NCBI GenBank assembly: GCA_045606685.1
Contig: JAZUSJ010000058.1
Span: 1 to 51,734 of the forward strand
Source of the DNA: Eubacteriales bacterium
Lineage (GTDB): Bacteria; Bacillota; Clostridia; Oscillospirales; CAG-272
Reading direction: 5' to 3'
DNA length: 51,734 bases
Shown here piece by piece: positions 19,001 through 27,135 of this stretch; within the stretch, counting starts at the first letter, position 1; every line of letters begins with the position of its first letter. Under the pieces are notes generated by a model, which saw nothing but the letters and a program-made list of their open reading frames with translations, made no database searches and was not told where the DNA came from. The position numbers were made by a program, and so were the translations under genes.

Positions 19001-19441
19001 TTTGCTGAAAAATGCAGCAACCATATCGGACAAAAGTTGCTTTTCTCCTCCGATATAGAGCTTGCTTTCGGATACGTAAACCGTGTTCTCGGCATATGCC
19101 GCATCGCGTGCGCTTCCGATTACGATCTCTTTCTCGGAAAGGGTGTATTTTGCCTCGTCGTCGGTCACGATCTGCAAAGCTACGCCAGTCAGCTTTTCCA
19201 CGGTATCGCGGAGCAGAACGGCTGCCAAAAACGCAGGATCGTCAGCCTTGATATTGGCGGGACGCACGATCACATATTCGCTTGCGCCATCCTTGACAAG
19301 TGCCAGCGGAGTATCCTGCGCGGGATCGGTCGTACCCGTTTCAGAATCTGTACCCGTATCCGGCGAGGGCGGGGTTTTACACGCTGCCAAGCAGGGAAGC
19401 AGCAAAAGCAGCGTAAGCAAAAAAGGCAAAAGTCTTTTCAT
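16046..19441 (-). CDS. Large uncharacterised lipoprotein (1131 aa), possibly carbohydrate-active
   Basis: ATG 19441 with GGAGG RBS; signal peptide MKRLLPFLLTLLLLLPCLAAC (lipobox); Thr/Asp/Pro linker; LVKDG..YVIV...L...G..L.I..D...EI.IG module; internal beta-sandwich. Confidence 0.8.
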   Translation of the reverse strand: MKRLLPFLLTLLLLLPCLAACKTPPSPDTGTDSETGTTDPAQDTPLALVKDGASEYVIVRPANIKADDPAFLAAVLLRDTVEKLTGVALQIVTDDEAKYTLSEKEIVIGSARDAAYAENTVYVSESKLYIGGEKQLLSDMVAAFFSKCFNYDITSQEDTQMAELSVPADLIMDQAGNIITDQVRQDTTAWGDTITYADDVANLINFRYLDQRRDTAEITNGDVRLVYNLDKKDNKQVSGLYNHNGIAYLTDTMDAFVITESGDKLYSSRSGNNARGNIYRFGYYYYDIHFLDQGFLPSVYEFDESAGSYDMLAKARKPSSHDIESVALNDGVLTAIVQSTYDPYFHWNVKYNAEDYNAIQITMRTEYASNVTLYLKAGAYDNFNSDQIVSFSVKPGDEYCTVIVPLVSIPDYTGKVESIRVDCGDKVGEKIEITEMKAVKINTTAATAMKLDRNLHVYGDKMHQQIRVVADGDAHGLKGFGMVTRIEQSRVSSLVIADKNGKHSSIDGIDAASVQYVGFDVTDAGVFGYIFPAEEQYVGEVTVTLEDGYYVITQTYTPATTTLKSHDSYSIGHRIYTDKGHSFDELERQAYIERNPLTDIKIVNKSDNAKYVGYNSLVGCYTYTLDGTDFNKPYYEEPQKHYIVDSQIVGDDYDREIYIFAHTNNTGCLECGVVLDEADRLLPISVEVCKNFKGEYEETLFDPEDMHYGYSIFPITVSKNQTKQFKSINLYQNWGNFPLKQLSSIQFIAPYYHLSCGTTETNCIAPYYVYGKDYWTLPDFRAMSSPLWPNQPQHTSAGRLYWLQYTDAQGNFYGSESQTADISSSGPVYVDIDMSYLSDDGKIQVDYRQAEMAQSDETRTYYTLDLTVLEDLEIKGFVNNFSFFSMDGRAIVYKKLGYLDQNNQPQTVDLKLSEHTDYYKLGKEGAYFDYYIDSDPSHKGTDSVNMAVVIKDYSMILGGKPYDGNLVLKEQFDGTVNLATLTVDAGDVTLRAGDTVHIDMILLPWGYPDSKDDSNVLGVREDSVLSPIQVQANIGTVIEDTYLPRVHAENNTAEFTVSGGGSTVYAVRVFGFDTYTKPTIQVYENGAWTDFDYQHHDYDGYMSFRDEDGSYSYAFSFEMKDGETRTFRVTQ

Positions 19442-19469
19442 AAAGCACCTCCATTTGTTTGTTGTATAT

Positions 19470-19498
19470 ATTATACATAAATACGGGGAAATTGTCAA
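19470..19498 (-). promoter_or_regulatory. sigmaA promoter of the large lipoprotein gene
   Basis: Minus strand TTGACA-17 bp-TATAAT with TG extension. Confidence 0.8.
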
Positions 19499-19506
19499 TA
19501 GAAATA

Positions 19507-19530
19507 GGGGCAGTTGCATGCAACTGCCCC
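19507..19530 (-). terminator. Palindromic terminator downstream of rhaA
   Basis: Perfect 24-bp palindrome GGGGCAGTTGCATGCAACTGCCCC about 20 bp after the rhaA stop. Confidence 0.7.
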
Positions 19531-19551
19531 ATAAAATGTTGGCTTATGTAA

Positions 19552-20796
19552 TTATCTCTTGGAGAGAACCTCAGCTTCGTATTCTTCGATCTCCTTGAAC
19601 CAGCAAGAGCAACCGCAAACGTTGTTTCTCTCGCAGAATTCCATCCAGATGTCACCGAAGGGCAGAGTCTTGACTTCCTCACGCAGCATCATCAGTTTGG
19701 TGGTGTTGCCTGCATCCTGCAGAGCTTTCATCTCAGCGTTGGGGGAGAGCAGAGCGTACAGCAGAGCCTTCTGAACGCTTCTCATACCGATAACAAGTGC
19801 TGCTACACGGTTGATGGAAGCATCGAAGTAGTCGGTAGCCAGGAATACTCTGTCAAGAGCATCGCAGCGAACGACTTCCATCATCATCTCTCTGGTGTCA
19901 TCGTCAAAGTTTACAACGTGGTCAGAGTCCCAACGAATGGGTCTTGTGATGTGCATAGCCAGCTTCTCGGAGAAGCAGAGCATTGCGGGCAGCTTGTCGT
20001 AAACGACTTCGGTGGGATGATAGTGACCGTTGTCGAACAGCGGAACGATACCGCGGGACAGTGCGTAGGACAGAGCGAACTCACCGGAGCCTACAGTGTA
20101 GGACTCCACGCCGATACCGAATACCTTGGACTCAACGCAAGGATAAACCTTGGTCTTGTCGTAGCCGCAAGCCAGGATCTCGTCCAGGGACTGTGCGTAT
20201 CTCATACGGGGACCCATACGGTCAGCGGGGATATCCTTGAAGCCGTCGCCGGTCCAGAAGTTGATCACGCAGGGATAGCCGGTCTCGTCTGCGAAGTACT
20301 CAGCGATCTTCATGCAGCAGATGCCGTGTCTTACCCAGAACTTTCTGATCTCTTCGTCGGGAGAAGAGAGAGTCAGACCGTTAGCCTTGGGGTGAGAGAA
20401 GTAGGTGGGGTTGAAGTCCAGGCCCATGCCGTGCTTCTTTGCGAAGTCTACCCATTTCTGGAAGTGCTTGGGCTCCAGAGCATCTCTGTCAGCAAATTCG
20501 CCATCCTCAAAGATTGCGTAGTTTGCATGAACGTTGAGCTTGTGAGTACCGGGAATCAGGGAGAGAGCCTTTTCAAGGTCTGCAAACAGCTGATCGGGGC
20601 CGGTTGCTCTGCCGGGATAGTTACCGGTGGTCTGAATACCGCCGGTCAGAGGGCCGTTGTTCTCGAAACCAAGAACATCGTCTGCCTGCCAGCAGTGCAT
20701 GGAAATGCGAATGTCGGAAAGCTTGGAGATCGCAGCCTCGGTGTCAACACCGTACTTAGCGTAGATCTGCTTTGCGGATTCATAGCGTTGATTCAT
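19552..20796 (-). CDS. rhaA: L-rhamnose isomerase
   Basis: ISMHCWQADDV.GFE, GGIQTTGNYPG, DFNPTYFSHP, ESKVFGIGVESYTVGS, GHYHPTE, RPIRWDSDHVV, DYFDASINR; ATG 20796 with AGGAGG RBS. Confidence 0.95.
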   Translation of the reverse strand: MNQRYESAKQIYAKYGVDTEAAISKLSDIRISMHCWQADDVLGFENNGPLTGGIQTTGNYPGRATGPDQLFADLEKALSLIPGTHKLNVHANYAIFEDGEFADRDALEPKHFQKWVDFAKKHGMGLDFNPTYFSHPKANGLTLSSPDEEIRKFWVRHGICCMKIAEYFADETGYPCVINFWTGDGFKDIPADRMGPRMRYAQSLDEILACGYDKTKVYPCVESKVFGIGVESYTVGSGEFALSYALSRGIVPLFDNGHYHPTEVVYDKLPAMLCFSEKLAMHITRPIRWDSDHVVNFDDDTREMMMEVVRCDALDRVFLATDYFDASINRVAALVIGMRSVQKALLYALLSPNAEMKALQDAGNTTKLMMLREEVKTLPFGDIWMEFCERNNVCGCSCWFKEIEEYEAEVLSKR

Positions 20797-20857
20797 TTGT
20801 GTTTCCTCCTGAATTGATATATGTACATTTTTTTGAGAACATATATAGTCAACATAC

Positions 20858-20886
20858 ATTATACAGTATCTTTGCGTGTTTTGCAA
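20858..20886 (-). promoter_or_regulatory. sigmaA promoter of rhaA
   Basis: Minus strand TTGCAA-17 bp-TATAAT. Confidence 0.7.
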
Positions 20887-21103
20887 GATGTTTTTTGAAA
20901 AAAAGAGGGAATTTTTCTGTCGAATAAATACAAATCAATCTTCTCTGATAACGATAGAGTCTTGGTCAGATAATGCCTGTACATCGTAGATGCTTGATAT
21001 AAAACCTTACAGTCGGAAAGTGGCTTAGGAAGATGATCGTATATAACCCTTGCTGAACTTGGATTGTGAAAGTCACAGGATGATAAAATCAAATTCATTG
21101 ATA

Positions 21104-22996
21104 TCAAAGCCCCTCAATCTCATTCATCCACAGGGCAAATGCTGCATCGGAGGGCATGCAAAGGCCGCCGCGGGGAGATGCTGTGACAGTGCTGACGGCA
21201 GGGCCGTCGGGCATGCAGGAGCGCTTGAATTGCTGGGTGAACAAGCGGCGTGCGAACACCTTGAGCCACTTTTTGATCTCGCTGTCGTCGTAGCTGCCGT
21301 CAAAAGCATATTGCGCCAGGCGATAGATCTTGGCAGGGCCAAAGCCGTAGCGCAGCACATAGTAAATAAAGAAGTCGTGCAGCTCGTAAGGGCCGACCAG
21401 ATCCTCTGTCTTTTGCGCGATGCTGCCGTTTTCGTTTGCAGGCAGTAGCTCGGGGCTGACGGGTGTGCCGAGCACGTCGTACAAAGCGTCTGCCAAAGCG
21501 GTCTGGCCATTTGCCTTGTAGCGGTCAGCCGCAAAGCCTACCAGTCTGCGTACAAGCGTTTTGGGAACACCGCAGTTGACGCTGTAGTTGGACATATGGT
21601 CGCCGTTGTAAGTTGCCCAGCCGAGTATAGACTCGGAAAGGTCGCCCGTGCCGACAACGAGGCCGTTGCAGCCGTTTGCCACGTCCATCAACACTTGCGT
21701 GCGCTCTCTTGCCTGACTGTTTTCATATACGACATTATGATTGCTCGGATCGTGTCCGATGGCCTTGAAGTGCAGCGCAACCGAGTCGCCGATCGGGATC
21801 TCGCGGAAATCAACGCCAAGCTGCTCGCAAAGCACGGTCGCGTTATTCTTGGTTCTGCTTGTCGTGCCAAAACCCGGCATTGTAATGCAGATCAGCTTGT
21901 CTGCGGGCATATCCAGGGATCTCAGCGCGTCCACGGCCACCAGAAGCGCAAGCGTGGAGTCAAGACCGCCCGAAATGCCAAGCACCAGCATATCCGCGTG
22001 TGCTGCCTTGATTCTTGCACGCAAGCCCTCGGACTGGATGCGCAAAATGGTGGCAAAATCAGTGTTATCACAAGGGATGAAGGGAAGTGCGTTGACGCGT
22101 CTTGTCAGCGTTGTGTCGCAATAGCCAAGATCGAAATCAATCTCTGCATATTCGCGGTTGCCCGTTTTGTTGGTAAACGCAGCATCCTTGTAGCGTTCCG
22201 CGGTCAGCATCTGTACGTCGATCTCGGTCGCAATATAATCGCGATCAAAATCAAAGGGCTTGCGATGCGCAAGCAGGCTTCCGTTTTCTGCAATCAGGGT
22301 TTGCGCTCCAAAGGCAGCATCCGTGGTGGATTCGCCTCTTCCTGCGTTGACGAACAGATATGCGCAGTGATATATATCAGACAAATATTGCGAATCGGTG
22401 ACTGCTTTTTCGGTCCGGTCAACGCGCACGGGCGTGGCATCAAGCCTGCAGATCAAGGTCGCACCGGCAGCACAAAGACCGTCGATATTGTCATCGCCCA
22501 CGCATACACCGATCTTGAGTTCGGGCATGGAAGTGCAGGAGAAGATGGTGTTATTGCCGAAATTGCAAGTCTGCATGCCATCTCCAAACGGATCAAACGC
22601 ATAAGCGGAATCGTTGAGCGATGCAAAATAACGGCCGTTGGACTTGCTTGCAGGCACGATACCGAGCAGCGTACCCGCGCAGCAAACCGCAGCGCAATTA
22701 TAAAGCTTGCCGTTCATCACCATGGGCAGGCCGACAATGCTCACCATATCCAGATCAGCTGTGCTTTCAAGATAAAACGCGAGCGCGTCTTTTGCGCCGG
22801 CGATCAGGGTGCTTTGATAAAAAAGGTCTGCGCAACAAGCGCCTGTCAGGCAAAGCTCGGGGAATGCGATAACACGCACACAGTCTTGTTCGTATGCGCT
22901 ACGTGCAGTTTCTGCTAATACGTTTGCGTTATAAGTGCAATCCGCAAGTCTGATTTCGGGCGCTGCTGCCGCAACTTTGATAAATCCGTGTTTCAT
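21104..22996 (-). CDS. nadE: NAD+ synthetase, two-domain (glutamine-dependent type) with degenerate glutaminase domain
   Basis: Nitrilase-like N-terminus (FPELCLTG); synthetase motifs GISGGLDST, ENSQARERTQ, GTGDLSE, TYNGDHMS, SPELLP, QQFKRSC.PDGP. Confidence 0.93.
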   Translation of the reverse strand: MKHGFIKVAAAAPEIRLADCTYNANVLAETARSAYEQDCVRVIAFPELCLTGACCADLFYQSTLIAGAKDALAFYLESTADLDMVSIVGLPMVMNGKLYNCAAVCCAGTLLGIVPASKSNGRYFASLNDSAYAFDPFGDGMQTCNFGNNTIFSCTSMPELKIGVCVGDDNIDGLCAAGATLICRLDATPVRVDRTEKAVTDSQYLSDIYHCAYLFVNAGRGESTTDAAFGAQTLIAENGSLLAHRKPFDFDRDYIATEIDVQMLTAERYKDAAFTNKTGNREYAEIDFDLGYCDTTLTRRVNALPFIPCDNTDFATILRIQSEGLRARIKAAHADMLVLGISGGLDSTLALLVAVDALRSLDMPADKLICITMPGFGTTSRTKNNATVLCEQLGVDFREIPIGDSVALHFKAIGHDPSNHNVVYENSQARERTQVLMDVANGCNGLVVGTGDLSESILGWATYNGDHMSNYSVNCGVPKTLVRRLVGFAADRYKANGQTALADALYDVLGTPVSPELLPANENGSIAQKTEDLVGPYELHDFFIYYVLRYGFGPAKIYRLAQYAFDGSYDDSEIKKWLKVFARRLFTQQFKRSCMPDGPAVSTVTASPRGGLCMPSDAAFALWMNEIEGL

Positions 22997-23028
22997 GGAA
23001 TCCTCCCAAAAAACAATATTCTACATTC

Positions 23029-23124
23029 ATTATACCACCAAAATATCCGAATTGCAAGCATTGTCATAAAAAATCGCGAAATCTTATGAGAATCATTGAC
23101 TTTTATCACCGTATTTGCTATAAT
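23029..23124. promoter_or_regulatory. Back-to-back sigmaA promoters for nadE (minus) and pncB (plus)
   Basis: Minus: TTGCAA(23057)-17-TATAAT(23029). Plus: TTGACT(23096)-17-TATAAT(23124). Both carry a TG extension. Confidence 0.75.
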
Positions 23125-23160
23125 ATTATCAATAAATTTTCAGGAAGAAGGCGAAAACAA

Positions 23161-24609
23161 ATGAAAGACATATCAAGAAATTTAACGATGCTGTGTGATT
23201 TCTACGAATTGACCATGAGCAACGGATATTTCAAATGCGGATTCAAGGACAAGATCACGTATTTTGACGTGTTCTACAGATCCAATCCCGACAACGGCGG
23301 CTTTGCAGTCGTGGCGGGACTTGAACAGGTTGTTCAGTACATCAACGATCTGCATTTTGACGAGGAGGATATCGCGTATCTCAAAGACAGAAATTGCTTC
23401 AGTGAAGAATTCCTTGAGTATCTGCGCACATTTAAGTTTACCGGCGATATCTGGGCTGTTCCCGAAGGCACGGTTGTTTTTCCCGGTGAACCGCTGATGA
23501 CGGTTCGCGCGAAAGCGATCGAGGCACAGTTCATTGAAACGTACATTTTGATGATGATCAATCACCAGTCGCTGATCGCTACCAAGGCTGCAAGACTTGC
23601 ACGCGCAGCAAAGGGCAGACCGATCAGTGAATTCGGCTCCAGACGTGCGCAGGGAAGTGACGCTGCGATCCTGGGCGCACGTGCCGCGTATATCGGCGGC
23701 TGCTCCGGTACTGCATGCACCATTTCGGATATTGCATACGGTGTTCCTGCGACAGGTACCATGGCGCATTCCTGGGTGCAGATGTTTGATACCGAGTACG
23801 AAGCGTTCAAAACCTATTGCGAGATCTATCCCAACAACGCTACATTGCTGATCGATACGTATAACGTGCTTGAATCTGGTGTTCCGAATGCCATTCGCGC
23901 ATTCAATGAGGTGCTGAAGCCCAAGGGCATTACCAAGTGCGGTGTCAGACTGGATTCGGGCGATATCACGTATTTGTCAAAAAAGGTCAGGGAAATGCTG
24001 GATGCAGCAGGCTGGACGGAATGTAAGATCGTTGTTTCCAACTCGCTTGACGAGTATATCATTCGTGAGCTGATCCGCCAGGGGGCCTGCGTGGATGCTT
24101 TCGGTGTTGGTGAGCGTCTGATCACATCGCTGAGCGCTCCCGTGTTTGGAGGAGTTTACAAGCTTGTTGCGATTGAGGATGAGCAAGGTAATATCATTCC
24201 CAAGATCAAGATCAGCGAAAACGTCGGCAAAATCACAACGCCACATTTCAAGAAGATCTACAGATTGCGCGGAAAGACAACAGGTAAGGCTGAGGCGGAC
24301 GTGATCTGCCTGCACGATGAGATCATTGATGATACACAGCCCTATGAGATCTTTGATCCCGAGCATACCTGGAAGCGTAAGCTGATGACCGACTTTAGTG
24401 CAACCGAGCTGATGGTGCCTGTTTTTGAAAATGGCGTTCAGGTTTATGAGCTTCCCGATATTGAAACGATCAAGGCACATTGTCAGGAAGAGCTTTCAGG
24501 CATGTGGGAAGAGGTGCGCCGCTTTACCAATCCGCATAAATACTATGTGGACTTGTCACAAAAGCTTTGGGATATCAAGCATGCAATGTTGAACAGAAAA
24601 CAACGTTGA
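23161..24609 (+). CDS. pncB: Nicotinate phosphoribosyltransferase
   Basis: LCDFYELTM, EFGSRRAQG, GTMAHSWV, LLIDTY, VRLDSGD, FGVGE, GGVYKL. Confidence 0.95.
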   Translation: MKDISRNLTMLCDFYELTMSNGYFKCGFKDKITYFDVFYRSNPDNGGFAVVAGLEQVVQYINDLHFDEEDIAYLKDRNCFSEEFLEYLRTFKFTGDIWAVPEGTVVFPGEPLMTVRAKAIEAQFIETYILMMINHQSLIATKAARLARAAKGRPISEFGSRRAQGSDAAILGARAAYIGGCSGTACTISDIAYGVPATGTMAHSWVQMFDTEYEAFKTYCEIYPNNATLLIDTYNVLESGVPNAIRAFNEVLKPKGITKCGVRLDSGDITYLSKKVREMLDAAGWTECKIVVSNSLDEYIIRELIRQGACVDAFGVGERLITSLSAPVFGGVYKLVAIEDEQGNIIPKIKISENVGKITTPHFKKIYRLRGKTTGKAEADVICLHDEIIDDTQPYEIFDPEHTWKRKLMTDFSATELMVPVFENGVQVYELPDIETIKAHCQEELSGMWEEVRRFTNPHKYYVDLSQKLWDIKHAMLNRKQR

Positions 24610-24623
24610 GAAAGGATTATTTT

Positions 24624-26984
24624 ATGAACAAAACAAGGATTCCGCTTATCATTCTTGCTTTTCTGATGCTGTCGTGCATACTGCTTGCAGCATGCACGCC
24701 TGACACCGGTACTGATCCGGAACAAACTACCGCAGCGGTTCCGGAGGCGACAACGCAAGCCCCTGACACCGAGCCGACTACGGACGACACCACCGATTCT
24801 TCATCCGAGGAAATGACAACAGAGGAACAAACGACAACGAATGAATTCAACGATCCCGTATCATCCACACATATCACGTTTACAGGACAGGAATCCTTCA
24901 ACTGGAAAAAAATGCTCACGGAAGCAAACCAATGCGACTTTGAGATCGTGAAGGACGATACATGCGGCTACGTACTCAAACTCACTACAAAAGACGGTGC
25001 AAACGATCCTTTTATTTGCTTCAATTACTCCAATTACGTTAAAAAGTTCAATATTTCACCTGCTGATGCGGATGAGTATAAGTACGTCGTACTCAAGATC
25101 AAGGCTGAAAACGTGACTTCAGATGCGTTTGAAATGTTTTATGCTGCGGGTGCTGTCAAGAATTACACACCGGGCTTGAGCAAGGTCAGCGTGTTTGATA
25201 TGACAAACAGTGACTGGCAGTATCTTGTATTCGATCTTTCCGCTGCCGAATGGTCGGGCGATGTCAGACTGTTCCGCTTTGACTTTTTGGTTGCGCCTTC
25301 GGGCGGAAACGAAAGCGTCTATATTGCATCCGTTGACTTTTACAAAACACCGGGTGAGGCTTACGGAAATATGAATATCGACATGACGCGCCCCGGAGAA
25401 GGATCCGATCTGAAAGAAGATGCCGTTCCCGGTGTCAACTACGACAAGCTGACCGCAACGAGCGAGGATGATTCGGTTCTTTTCTGGTTTGACCATATGA
25501 CCGAAAAGACGTATCGTGACGATATCACGCCTTCCGGTATGAATACATACGTGATCCATATGGCGGGGAACAGTATTGAAAACTGCCAGATTTTCGTCGC
25601 ACCCACAGCGGCTGACAGAAATATCCGCATCGAAGTTTCCGAGATGGTCAATGAGCAGGGCAACGTGCTCAAAACGCAGCTGCTGCGTGAGCATTATGCC
25701 AAGATGGGTAATGCGTGGATTCCGGATGCGCTGCCTCCCGTGAACGGCAGCGTCAGTGTTGCAAAGAATCATTCCCAGGGCTTCGTTCTCAAGGTCTGGG
25801 CTGATCAGAATGAAGCTGCCGGGCTTTACAGTGCAACGGTGAATATCTACGATGCCGATACCGATGCTTGTATCAAGACGGCCAAGGTATACACAAAGGT
25901 ATATAATTTCTCGTTGGATGAGAAAACAGCACTCAAAACTGCGGTCCATATGTCACCCTGGGTGATCGGCAACAGCTATTCTGCAAAGGGTATGAATGAG
26001 CTGAACACCGAAGAGATTTACAAGATTTATTACGATTTTATGCTGGAAAACCGCATTTCCTCGTATATTCTTCCATATCAGCTCAGAGACAGCCGTGTTG
26101 TGGAATATCTTGATAATCCCAGAGTCAATACGTTTATGATCAATGAGATCATGAACGGTGACGAGGCCGGGGCATATGCAATGCTGTCACAAAAGCAAGA
26201 ATGGTTTGAAAAGGGAATCTTTTACTACGTGGATGAACCCACCAATACCGATTTGCTTTATAAGCTGCAAAGCAACGGAGAGCGCTTGTCCGGTACGTAT
26301 CCCGGCTATAAGATGGTAGCACCGTTCTTTACAAACATTAACATCGATGGAATGGATCAGATTTCCTTCATGCAGCCCTATACGCAGATCTGGTGTACCA
26401 AGGTGTTTGCGTTTACCCCCAGAGAGAAGAGCATCGTCAGCGGTACACAGTTCCTGACCACCAAGCTGCAGGATCAGCAATACGGCACGTTTGCTGACAG
26501 AATGAAGGAACAGGTAGCGGGTGGTGACCAGCTTTGGCTGTACTTCTGCTGGGAACCCAATCAGCCCTATGCAAACTGGCTCGCTACCGGTGACGGGACA
26601 GAGCCTGTCGTATCCATCTGGCAGTGCAAGATGACTGAAGCAACCGGTGTACTTTATTGGGGTTCGACCTATTGGTCTGCCGATCCTTATAACGATCTGT
26701 CCTCGACTGTGATCTCCACCGTGTATGGCGACGGTGTGCTTCTTTACAGCGGTGCCGAAGTCGGCATTTATGAACCCGTATCCTCGTTCAGACTGGAGAA
26801 CATCCGTATTGGTATTCAGGATTATCAGATGCTTGAGATGCTGGAACAAAATTCGGGTAAACAGGCAACGGATGACATAGTGAAAATGGTTACGACTGAC
26901 GTGATCACATATACCAACGATGATGATTATCTGCATGCGGTGCGTGTGTTGCTTGCGGGTATGGTAGAACAAACAACAAAATAA
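24624..26984 (+). CDS. Lipoprotein with CBM-like module and DUF4091/GH123-like glycoside hydrolase domain
   Basis: Lipobox LLAAC, Thr/Glu linker, YYVDEP (adjacent Asp-Glu pair), W.YFC..P, and C-terminal GDG.L.Y....P.SS.RLE..R.G.QDY typical of DUF4091. Confidence 0.75.
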   Translation: MNKTRIPLIILAFLMLSCILLAACTPDTGTDPEQTTAAVPEATTQAPDTEPTTDDTTDSSSEEMTTEEQTTTNEFNDPVSSTHITFTGQESFNWKKMLTEANQCDFEIVKDDTCGYVLKLTTKDGANDPFICFNYSNYVKKFNISPADADEYKYVVLKIKAENVTSDAFEMFYAAGAVKNYTPGLSKVSVFDMTNSDWQYLVFDLSAAEWSGDVRLFRFDFLVAPSGGNESVYIASVDFYKTPGEAYGNMNIDMTRPGEGSDLKEDAVPGVNYDKLTATSEDDSVLFWFDHMTEKTYRDDITPSGMNTYVIHMAGNSIENCQIFVAPTAADRNIRIEVSEMVNEQGNVLKTQLLREHYAKMGNAWIPDALPPVNGSVSVAKNHSQGFVLKVWADQNEAAGLYSATVNIYDADTDACIKTAKVYTKVYNFSLDEKTALKTAVHMSPWVIGNSYSAKGMNELNTEEIYKIYYDFMLENRISSYILPYQLRDSRVVEYLDNPRVNTFMINEIMNGDEAGAYAMLSQKQEWFEKGIFYYVDEPTNTDLLYKLQSNGERLSGTYPGYKMVAPFFTNINIDGMDQISFMQPYTQIWCTKVFAFTPREKSIVSGTQFLTTKLQDQQYGTFADRMKEQVAGGDQLWLYFCWEPNQPYANWLATGDGTEPVVSIWQCKMTEATGVLYWGSTYWSADPYNDLSSTVISTVYGDGVLLYSGAEVGIYEPVSSFRLENIRIGIQDYQMLEMLEQNSGKQATDDIVKMVTTDVITYTNDDDYLHAVRVLLAGMVEQTTK

Positions 26985-26990
26985 GCAATG

Positions 26991-27025
26991 GCAGCCGCGT
27001 GCGATCGGAGTGCGCGGCTGCTTTC
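26991..27025 (+). terminator. Intrinsic terminator
   Basis: GCAGCCGCG...CGCGGCTGC-TTTC immediately after the stop at 26984. Confidence 0.7.
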
Positions 27026-27070
27026 ATATTTATATAATTATAAACTTTTTATAAAATATATAGAAAGCCG

Positions 27071-27099
27071 TTGAAATTATTGAATTGTTGTGATATAAT
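27071..27099 (+). promoter_or_regulatory. sigmaA promoter of cdaA operon
   Basis: TTGAAA-17 bp-TATAAT with TG extension. Confidence 0.75.
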
Positions 27100-27135
27100 G
27101 TTTAATGGTATTCTATTGCGAAGGCGGTGGTGTGA

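Noticed and set aside
19507-19530. Perfect 24-bp palindrome as a mobile or recombination site
   Set aside because: Single copy located just after the rhaA stop; simplest explanation is a terminator.
22997-23160. NiaR/NrtR operator or NAD riboswitch between nadE and pncB
   Set aside because: Only two back-to-back promoters are evident; leaders are short and no convincing palindrome was seen.
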